NCBI GenBank assembly: GCA_963753595.1
Contig: CAVWCX010000014.1
Span: 39,196-103,195 of the forward strand
DNA: 64,000 nucleotides
Direction of reading: 5' to 3'
DNA from: Candidatus Methanoperedenaceae archaeon
GTDB lineage: Archaea > Halobacteriota > Methanosarcinia > Methanosarcinales > Methanoperedenaceae
Below are positions 56,751-64,000 of the stretch, one piece after another. A model generated the notes under the pieces. It was not told where the DNA came from and made no database searches. It was given only the letters and a program-made list of their open reading frames with translations. A program made the position numbers and the translations under genes. Numbering within the stretch: position 1 is the first letter of the stretch; each line of letters begins with the position of its first letter.

Positions 56751-56826
56751 ATCAGAAGAGAACAAGCTGAAGAAAAACCCATATAAATCTATATAACATC
56801 TCAAATCTAATGAGATATTGTATAAT

Positions 56827-57075
56827 ATGACCGAATTAGTTGTTAACATTCCAAACGATATCGCAAAAAAAATGAAGAAATTTCGGTTTATGAACTGGAA
56901 TGAAAAGTTGGTCAAGGATATTCTCTTCTTCATGAACGAACGGGAAATAGTGGAATACATTCTGAAAAGAAGTAAACTAAAAGAAAATGATGGAGAAAAA
57001 ATCGATAAATCATCAAGCGTGGTTTATTTGAAAAGTACTACAAAACTAAAGTTAGTTCTTAATATAAATAGGTGA
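56827..57075 (+). CDS. small antitoxin-like protein, probably frameshifted
   Basis: MTELVVNIP..KRSKL, an RHH-like pattern. Confidence 0.4.
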   Translation: MTELVVNIPNDIAKKMKKFRFMNWNEKLVKDILFFMNEREIVEYILKRSKLKENDGEKIDKSSSVVYLKSTTKLKLVLNINR

Positions 57076-57082
57076 TAAAATT

Positions 57083-57394
57083 ATGCCAGTCTCGGTAAAA
57101 CTTCCCTCCGAATTCCAATATATCTACCAAAATCTCTTAAAAAAAGAACCTGATGAGGGTACGATCCAGCTTGTAATTAACGAATTGCGCAGGCGTCTTG
57201 CCGAATATAAGTTGATGGATAAGACTTTTCATGAACGATATAAAATGGATTTTGATGAACTCAAGATGAAACAGGTTATCAAAGAAGCTGGTCATTCTTT
57301 CAGGGTTGAAGAAGATTACTGCGATTGGGAACTCGCACTTGATGGGATCAAGACGATCACAAAAGAACTAAAGAAGCTTGCCAAATATTCATGA
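57083..57394 (+). CDS. putative antitoxin
   Basis: ERYKMDFDE..EEDYCDW; coupled to the next ORF. Confidence 0.55.
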   Translation: MPVSVKLPSEFQYIYQNLLKKEPDEGTIQLVINELRRRLAEYKLMDKTFHERYKMDFDELKMKQVIKEAGHSFRVEEDYCDWELALDGIKTITKELKKLAKYS

Positions 57395-57738
57395 AGCTGA
57401 CAGAATTTATTGAAGAGCTTGAAAAGGCAGCTTCAAAATATATGTCCCGATTGCGAATTCTAGCAAAAACTGAAAACGCTGTAAAAGCCAGAATTGAGAT
57501 TTCAGAGAATATTTATGTCCAATTCTATTTTCATCAAGAATCTGGAACAACAAATTATGTATTAGTGGGATGGGAGAACAGATTATATGGCAGGGATTGT
57601 GTGGGTGGAGATTGGCATAAACATCCTTTTGATAATCCCGAAGCCCATGATAGAACTGGTGACGGGGCAAATCATGTAACTCCGGAGGAGTTCCTTGATG
57701 AGACATTTGAGATATTATTGAAAGAAAAATTGATTTAA
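57391..57738 (+). CDS. putative toxin (TumE/DUF6516-like)
   Basis: ATGA overlap; RD....WHKHP. Confidence 0.5.
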   Translation: MKLTEFIEELEKAASKYMSRLRILAKTENAVKARIEISENIYVQFYFHQESGTTNYVLVGWENRLYGRDCVGGDWHKHPFDNPEAHDRTGDGANHVTPEEFLDETFEILLKEKLI

Positions 57739-57794
57739 TTCACCGAAGCTTTTAAGTCTCATTCCATCCTTACGAGCGAAAGCTTTTCCTTAAA

Positions 57795-57868
57795 GCCTCG
57801 GTGGCTCAGCTTGGCAGAGCGAGAGATTTGTAATCTCTAGGTCGAGGGTTCAAATCCCTCCCGGGGCT
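57795..57868 (+). tRNA. tRNA-Thr (anticodon UGU), no intron, CCA not encoded
   Basis: GCCTCGG/CCGGGGC acceptor stem; AGAGA-TTTGTAA-TCTCT anticodon arm; GAGGG-TTCAAAT-CCCTC T-arm. Confidence 0.96.
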
Positions 57869-57958
57869 TAAAACTTCAAGTTCAATTCTCTCTTTTTTAG
57901 GATTACTTTCACCTTGCTCTCACAGGGCTTAAGAGAATAGAAAGGAGTGTAAGTAAGA

Positions 57959-59122
57959 ATGTTATATAACCATGAACTGAACCTAGGAACAACCGAGGAG
58001 AGAATAAAAAACTCGACGATCTGTGAGGCTAATAAACAGCAAATATTTGAGTATGAGAACTGCTGTTTTGCTGAAGGAATAAAAATAGCCCGGGTTTTGA
58101 AGCATCTTTACGAGCTTAAGAAACTGGCCGAGCTATTTGGAAAGGAGTTCAATATGGCTTCCAAACAGGATGTCATGCGGGTTGTAGGATTAATAGAGCG
58201 TATGGACCGGGCAGAAAGCACGAAAAGAGATTATAAGATCCTGATCAGGAAGTTCTTCAGGTGGATGAACAAGGATGATGTTATAGCTTGGATGAAAATA
58301 CCAACCAGAAATGATACCAGGAAACTACCAGAAGATATACTCAGCGAGGAAGAGATCGAGAAAATGATCAGTGCCTGCGAACATCCCAGGGACAGGGCAA
58401 TGATAGCCTGCCTTTATGAAAGCGGTACCAGGATAAGCGAGCTTGGAGATCTGAAGATCAAGCATGTGAAATTCGACCAGTATGGAGCAGCGCTTATGGT
58501 GGATGGAAAGACTGGCATGCGAAGAGTGAGGATAATCTTTTCATCGCCATACCTTGCAACATGGCTTGAGAATCATCCTTTCAGGCAGAATCCTGAGGCT
58601 TTTGTCTGGGTCGGGATAGGTACGGTTGGCAGGAATATACCCCTGCAATACGGTGCTATCAGGATGCACCTTAAGAGAATAGCTGAAAAGGCAGGAATCA
58701 AAAAGAGAATCCATCCTCACTTATTCAGGCACAGCAGGAGCACCCATTTAGCAAAGCACTTAACAGAGGCACAAATGAAGCAGTATCTTGGATGGGTTCA
58801 GGGTAGCGATATGGCAGCCATTTATGTCCACCTCTCAGGCAGGGACGTTGATAACGCTCTACTCAAAATGCACGGGATAGTCACCGAAGATACAAAAGAT
58901 GTTCAAATGAGTCCAAAGAAATGCACCCGATGCAGTGTAATGAATTCTCCCACAACGAAGTTCTGCTCCAAGTGCGGTCTGGCCCTTGACATCAAAGCTG
59001 CTTTAGAAATGGAAGAGAAGAGTTCCGAGATTACAATGGACTTTATGCAGGTTGCAAGGAATGATCCAAAGATTATGGATTTCATGAAGATGCTTATGCA
59101 ATCGGTACCAACCAAAGCATAG
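57959..59122 (+). CDS. tyrosine integrase with C-terminal zinc ribbon
   Basis: SGTRISE, GKTG, HLFRH, IYVH; CTRC..CSKC. Confidence 0.95.
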   Translation: MLYNHELNLGTTEERIKNSTICEANKQQIFEYENCCFAEGIKIARVLKHLYELKKLAELFGKEFNMASKQDVMRVVGLIERMDRAESTKRDYKILIRKFFRWMNKDDVIAWMKIPTRNDTRKLPEDILSEEEIEKMISACEHPRDRAMIACLYESGTRISELGDLKIKHVKFDQYGAALMVDGKTGMRRVRIIFSSPYLATWLENHPFRQNPEAFVWVGIGTVGRNIPLQYGAIRMHLKRIAEKAGIKKRIHPHLFRHSRSTHLAKHLTEAQMKQYLGWVQGSDMAAIYVHLSGRDVDNALLKMHGIVTEDTKDVQMSPKKCTRCSVMNSPTTKFCSKCGLALDIKAALEMEEKSSEITMDFMQVARNDPKIMDFMKMLMQSVPTKA

Positions 59123-59295
59123 TCCACTTTTCCTTTTTTCATTCTTTTGACATATTTTTCCAGTCTGTATTATATTATTTTTCATCTCTTCACATGCCAA
59201 GTTGACTATGTAGTGTATTATGTAGAAAAATTATTTAACCTTTTAAGTTAGTAGTTGGTTACATCATACACAACAGCGAAGCGAGATGAAAAAGT

Positions 59296-59460
59296 ATGCA
59301 GCAAATGAGTATTCAAAAAAATCAGAAAACAAATTCGACATACATACACATACCACACTGGATTACTAACGAATTGGGACTGATAAAAGGCGAAAAAGTC
59401 TGGATGAAACTTGAAAGTAAGAGGATAATCATCCAGAGAAAAACCAGACATAGATTCTGA
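59296..59460 (+). CDS. AbrB/MazE-like DNA-binding protein (54 aa)
   Basis: manual translation ..STYIHIPHWITNELGLIKGEKVWMKLESKRIIIQR.. Confidence 0.75.
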   Translation: MQQMSIQKNQKTNSTYIHIPHWITNELGLIKGEKVWMKLESKRIIIQRKTRHRF

Positions 59461-59523
59461 GCGGGGATAGAATCATGAAATTGTCTGAGAATACACCAGA
59501 CGCTTAGAACGAAGGGGAATAAA

Positions 59524-59820
59524 ATGACAAAACAATTAACTGAGCGGACGCTTTCGAATATCTCTACTTCGTCGTGTTTAAACCTTACGTTTGCTGAGCA
59601 TCCTGAAGATCAGATACTTCACATCGTCCAGCAAAAAGAACAGGTGTTCTGGACAGACCTGCCCAAAAACTTGAAGCGAACCTGCAGGTGGACGATAAAT
59701 CTCGAAAAGCAGGGATTGATCGAACGAGTGAAAGTGAAGGGAAGAAATGGCGTCAACAGATTGCTGCTTAGAACTGCAATGCGTGATGCCCTTCCAGGGG
59801 GGATTCAATGTACCAGATAA
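59524..59820 (+). CDS. viral hypothetical protein, possible winged helix
   Basis: LEKQGLIER motif. Confidence 0.5.
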   Translation: MTKQLTERTLSNISTSSCLNLTFAEHPEDQILHIVQQKEQVFWTDLPKNLKRTCRWTINLEKQGLIERVKVKGRNGVNRLLLRTAMRDALPGGIQCTR

Positions 59821-60203
59821 CCGAACTCCCTGCATGGGATTCTAAATGTGAGCCACAGCTTCTATCCACCAAATGCACCTCTTTGAGGTTATTCGAGGAG
59901 AATGACCGGCTGAGGATAACATCCAATTATCCAACTGGGAATAATATCAGTCTTTACCTCTCGAAGAGCGCTTTCAATGAGTTCTTCGAGAAGCTGCCAA
60001 TGAAGTTCAGGTCATCGTCAATAGAAGGGCTTGTTCCAACCAAGCGCAAACTGCTCATTGCATTTTTGACCGCTGATAAACGATATGGCTGCTGCGTAAT
60101 GAGGCGAGGCGGATACACATACGTCTTGAAGCCAGACCATCCTCAGCATGTCAGATGCATCTCAACAAAGATTTTCGGAGCAGATGGATGCTATATCCAG
60201 TGA
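59808..60203 (+). CDS. viral hypothetical protein
   Basis: overlaps the upstream ORF in an operon. Confidence 0.55.
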   Translation: MYQITELPAWDSKCEPQLLSTKCTSLRLFEENDRLRITSNYPTGNNISLYLSKSAFNEFFEKLPMKFRSSSIEGLVPTKRKLLIAFLTADKRYGCCVMRRGGYTYVLKPDHPQHVRCISTKIFGADGCYIQ

Positions 60204-60208
60204 TATTC

Positions 60209-60499
60209 ATGGACTTACTTAATACGCTATCTCAGTTTTCTCTCACAGATTGGCTCTTATGGGGTTTGACAATTCTGTCTCTGATAGGAACGGTGATGAA
60301 TGTCAGGAAGATGCACTACTGCTTCTATATCTGGGCATTTACCAACGCAATATGGTTAATACACGATTATAGTTTAAAAGAATACCAGCAAGCATCACTG
60401 TTTTTCATTTATTTCATTCTAGCCCTGTGGGGCATCTATGAATGGAGAGCCAGGAAATATGTTCTGGTAAAAGAGGGTATCAATGACAGAGACAAATGA
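60209..60499 (+). CDS. PnuC-like three-helix membrane protein
   Basis: SLIGTVMN..WAFTN..WGIYEW. Confidence 0.55.
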   Translation: MDLLNTLSQFSLTDWLLWGLTILSLIGTVMNVRKMHYCFYIWAFTNAIWLIHDYSLKEYQQASLFFIYFILALWGIYEWRARKYVLVKEGINDRDK

Positions 60500-60836
60500 T
60501 CGAAGGATCAAACGCCGCAGTGTAGATGAGACCTGCATCAGGGCATTTGTAAGTTCCAGCGACAGGATATACACCCTCGTTGAAGAACTTGGGATCGCTT
60601 TCAGACAAAAAGCTCATGACCATAATGTCAGGATATTACGCGGTTCAAAGGGAACGCATCCCAATTCGATCCATGTGGTTGAGATGTTAGTCAGGGTATG
60701 GGATACATTAGCGTTGGATAAGGAATGGAAGGACAGGATCCTGTCCGATTACGCTGATGATTATATCAACCGGATCAAAGAAAAGAAACCTGAGTTGGTA
60801 ATGCGGTCCAGTCAGAAGCAGCCCGACATGCAATGA
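60483..60836 (+). CDS. viral hypothetical protein
   Basis: 117-aa ORF in the operon. Confidence 0.55.
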   Translation: MTETNDRRIKRRSVDETCIRAFVSSSDRIYTLVEELGIAFRQKAHDHNVRILRGSKGTHPNSIHVVEMLVRVWDTLALDKEWKDRILSDYADDYINRIKEKKPELVMRSSQKQPDMQ

Positions 60837-60839
60837 TCA

Positions 60840-62933
60840 TTGCGGTATTCAGAAACACCTGAAGTTAGCAACATGCCTGCAAATCATGGTTCAGCGGCAG
60901 TTACTCCACCGGGATGGGCGGTTGATCTTATAACCAAGAAATATTATGATAATCTTCTTTCCCTGGGAATGGATCTTCCTGACAGGACTGGCTTGAGGAT
61001 CTCGATGAACGATGTTCATGATATTGATGTGATAAGTGCGATTTACGATTATCCCGATGATGCTTTAAAGCATCTGAAGAATGCTGCGAAGGAGTTCTTA
61101 TCGGATTTTTATGTTGATCATGAGTATCTGGACAGGATCAGGATCGAGATAATTGATGTTTCTGATACTGAGCTAATTCGTATAAGTCAGATCAGAAAAG
61201 AGCATGTGAACAGGCTTGTAAAGATCAAGTGTTATACGATGGGGATGACGCCCACCACGCCCAGGATACTGGTTGCAGCGTATGAGTGCAAAAGATGCGG
61301 CCATTATAACTATATCTTGCAGGAGCATGACAAGTTAATAGAACCATTTGAGTGCGAGAATGATGTATGCGGAAGGCGCAGCGCCTTTAAACTCGATGAG
61401 CGTAAAACAACACAGCAGGACTTTCAGGTGCTGAGGTTCCAGGAGCGTCAGGAGGATATCGGGGGTGGGGAAAAGCCTCAGACGGCTAAAGCTGAGATCA
61501 CCGAGGGACATTGCGGGACGATACTTCCGGGAAACAGGGTAACGATCGCAGCGATAATGAGGGAAAGGCTGAAGGTGAAATCCACCGGGAAGACGAATCA
61601 GTTCAGCATAATTCTTGATGTTGTCAGTATCACGCCCGATGAGACTGAATCCAGGATCACATATACGAAGGAGGATACTGACAGGTTCAACAAGTATGTT
61701 CTTGAGATCAGGGATTTTGATGAATGGGTAATTGACAGCTACGCGCCGAATATCTACGGTCTGCGTGAGATAAAGGAGTCTCTTTTACTTCAGCAGGTCA
61801 GCAACGGGTATTCTCGAAGTAAGATAGATAATACTGTGATACGGGATTTCATTCACGTTGCTTTGATCGGCGATCCCGGAGTTGCGAAGTCCTCACTTAA
61901 ATATGCGATGAAAGCATACGACCCTGGCATTGTGTTATCTAGCGGCACAGGCGCAAGCGTTGCCGGACTGACAGCCGCTGTGGTAAAGGATGATCTTACA
62001 GAAGGTTATACTTTTGAAGCTGGAGTGCTTCCGCTTGCTGACGGCAGGGGCGCTATTCTTGACGAATTTGATAAACTGATACAGGCTGACATGAAGCATC
62101 TCAATGATGCACTGGATGAGTGCAGGTTCACGGTACATAAGGCAAGCATACACATGGATCTCTGGGCACGCTGCTGGATGACAGCAATGTTGAACCCCGT
62201 TGACGGCCGGATCAATAATTACGAGCCGCTGTATAAACAGGTAGGCATTCCCCCGGATACTCTGAGCAGATTTGACCTGGTGTTTGTCATACCGGATATA
62301 AGGGAGGAAGCGAAGGATTCCAATGTCGGGTATGCGATGCTCAACGCCAGAGGCATTCCTCATTCAGGAAGCGATGGCAATTCACCCACGCCTAAACGCA
62401 CGCTCATGCCGCTTGAAGATATGCAAAAACTCATCGCGTATGCAAAGACGATCAGTCCGGTTCTTAGCATGGAAGCCGGAGATGAGATACATAGACAGTG
62501 GATGAGGGGAAGAAGATCAAGCAGCGAGGATAAGATCGCTGTTACCTCAAGGTTCATGGGAGCATTGATCCGCCTTGCAAAAGCTGAGGCCCAGATACAC
62601 CTTTCAGGCTCAGTCAATTTATATCATGTAAAGAGGGCGATCAATCTGCTTGAAACCAGTCTCCTGCAGACCTGCCTGGACAAAGAAGGAGACATAGACT
62701 CGGATAAGATTTCCTCAGGATTTACAAAAGATATGCGCTCGACTCTCAAAAAGATTCGTGAAGTCATAAAGTCCTGCCAGAAAGAAGGAAGTCCGGCATT
62801 GATCGGAGATATCGCATTAGCTGTGGGGCAGTATAATATCACACGAGAAGAGCTTGATAGCCATCTTTCTCATTTGAAACAGAATGGCGAGATATTCGAG
62901 ACCGGGGAGGGAAAATGGAGGATCCCGTCATGA
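60840..62933 (+). CDS. mcm: MCM helicase (proviral)
   Basis: CKRC..CENDVC zinc finger, GDPGVAKS, GLTAAV, LDEFDK, LSRFD; alternative ATG at 60873. Confidence 0.95.
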   Translation: MRYSETPEVSNMPANHGSAAVTPPGWAVDLITKKYYDNLLSLGMDLPDRTGLRISMNDVHDIDVISAIYDYPDDALKHLKNAAKEFLSDFYVDHEYLDRIRIEIIDVSDTELIRISQIRKEHVNRLVKIKCYTMGMTPTTPRILVAAYECKRCGHYNYILQEHDKLIEPFECENDVCGRRSAFKLDERKTTQQDFQVLRFQERQEDIGGGEKPQTAKAEITEGHCGTILPGNRVTIAAIMRERLKVKSTGKTNQFSIILDVVSITPDETESRITYTKEDTDRFNKYVLEIRDFDEWVIDSYAPNIYGLREIKESLLLQQVSNGYSRSKIDNTVIRDFIHVALIGDPGVAKSSLKYAMKAYDPGIVLSSGTGASVAGLTAAVVKDDLTEGYTFEAGVLPLADGRGAILDEFDKLIQADMKHLNDALDECRFTVHKASIHMDLWARCWMTAMLNPVDGRINNYEPLYKQVGIPPDTLSRFDLVFVIPDIREEAKDSNVGYAMLNARGIPHSGSDGNSPTPKRTLMPLEDMQKLIAYAKTISPVLSMEAGDEIHRQWMRGRRSSSEDKIAVTSRFMGALIRLAKAEAQIHLSGSVNLYHVKRAINLLETSLLQTCLDKEGDIDSDKISSGFTKDMRSTLKKIREVIKSCQKEGSPALIGDIALAVGQYNITREELDSHLSHLKQNGEIFETGEGKWRIPS

Positions 62934-63085
62934 AACACAGCAGAAGATACACTCGAGCCCAGGTAAAGGCTTGCAGGAAATGCGGTGTGCTGTTGGGCAG
63001 GGAGTATCCCCATGACCTGTGTCCTTTGCATTTCAAGGAGGAATATGGGTATGAGCCGGAGGAGAGGTATGGCTTCAGTAGGTAA
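62930..63085 (+). CDS. 51-aa zinc-finger protein
   Basis: manual translation MKHSRRYTRAQVKACRKCGVLLGREYPHDLCPLHFKEEYGYEPEERYGFSR; ATGA overlap with mcm. Confidence 0.65.
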   Translation: MKHSRRYTRAQVKACRKCGVLLGREYPHDLCPLHFKEEYGYEPEERYGFSR

Positions 63086-64000
63086 GCGGCAGGAGAAACA
63101 GGCGAGAGAGACCATGAAACTTCGTGAGAAAGATTCAAAGAAGCAGGATAAGGAAAGAGAAAATTACAGGAAGCTCCAGGATGATGGAGTTCTCTTCTCC
63201 GAGAAGCTGTTCACTATGCGCGGGAAGCGGATGAGGTTTGAGGAATTTCCGTATGTGAAGCAGGTCTTTCATGACAATGCCAGGATAGTTGTGCTTCTCT
63301 GGGCAAGGAGTATGACCAAAACCACGACCATCGCCAGTATTCTCACACACAAGCTAATCACCAATGCCTATTCAGGAGCAATGGTCGCTGCGCCGCGAGA
63401 TAAGCAGGCATGGCGCGTTACGAAAGAACATATCCGTCCGAGATTCACAGAGAGCAGGGATAAGATTCTGCTGCCGTCATTTCTCAGGGTAAGAATACTG
63501 AATCTGAGATCGATATTGCTAACGGCTCAAAGTATCTAGCAAGCGGTGCCTGGGTTACAGGTAACAGCCTGAGAGGGCCTCATGTCAATTACGGTTTTGC
63601 AGATGAGATGCAGGACTGGACAAGAGAAGCATTTGAAGTATTCAAGGAAGTCGTGAACCTGCCGCCCGGTCAGATATTCTGCGCAGGTACTCCGAAGGAT
63701 AAGGGTTCGTTCTTTGAAGAGATCTGGCTTTCAAGTGATAAGAAAGAGTGGAATGGGACGGAATGGATATCTACAAATCCTGATGCTGATACCCAGATAA
63801 GCGGGTATCATATCACTCAGGAATTTTCAAGCTTTGTTACACCTGAGCAGCTGGAATACAAACGCAAGAATATGACCCCAAGGATGTTTACCAATGAGGT
63901 ACTCGCACAGTCTTTTGCAGCAGGCGGTGCTAAACCTGTTACTACTGACACATTGTTACAGATCCTTATACGAAGCCCTGAGGAACTCAGCAACACAGTG
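63069..64000 (+). CDS. terminase large subunit, partial; frameshift near 63490
   Basis: WARSMTKT Walker A, VAAP, then NGS..SLRGPHVNYGFADEMQD Walker B and AGTP motif III. Confidence 0.85.

Larger units (their letters stand above)
57869..64000 (+). mobile_element. left part of a provirus integrated at tRNA-Thr
   Basis: integrase next to the tRNA, then co-oriented AbrB, MCM and terminase; continues past the window. Confidence 0.85.

Noticed and set aside
62985-63068. ORF-track start for the terminase (MCCWAG...)
   Set aside because: It overlaps the zinc-finger ORF; the ATG at 63069 has a ggagagg RBS and is preferred.

Overview
Archaeal chromosome segment from a Methanosarcinales-type methane-cycling archaeon (mch, GGGP synthase, rpl40e, archaeal alaS, PGF-CTERM). 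It resembles Ca. Methanoperedens, which is an inference. Left to right: mch and housekeeping genes; an AT-rich surface-glycan island of about 26 kb (flippase, GT2/GT4, GNATs, PIG-L deacetylase, three B12-radical SAM genes, CBM6/beta-helix proteins); a translationally coupled six-gene operon in which a divergent NasA/NarB-like molybdoenzyme heads a PAS/GAF kinase cascade ending in a REC-PAS-V4R-like output protein and a KaiC-like ATPase; an unannotated tRNA-like small RNA candidate; two crcB genes separated from DUF190 by toxin cassettes bounded by three hsdS 3'-end repeats; more housekeeping genes; a decayed TA region; and tRNA-Thr(UGU) followed by the left end of a provirus (integrase, AbrB, MCM, terminase) that runs off the window. 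Many single-base frameshifts, including one in alaS, point to sequencing error rather than true pseudogenes. All family calls come from motif recognition by eye; no database searches were run.
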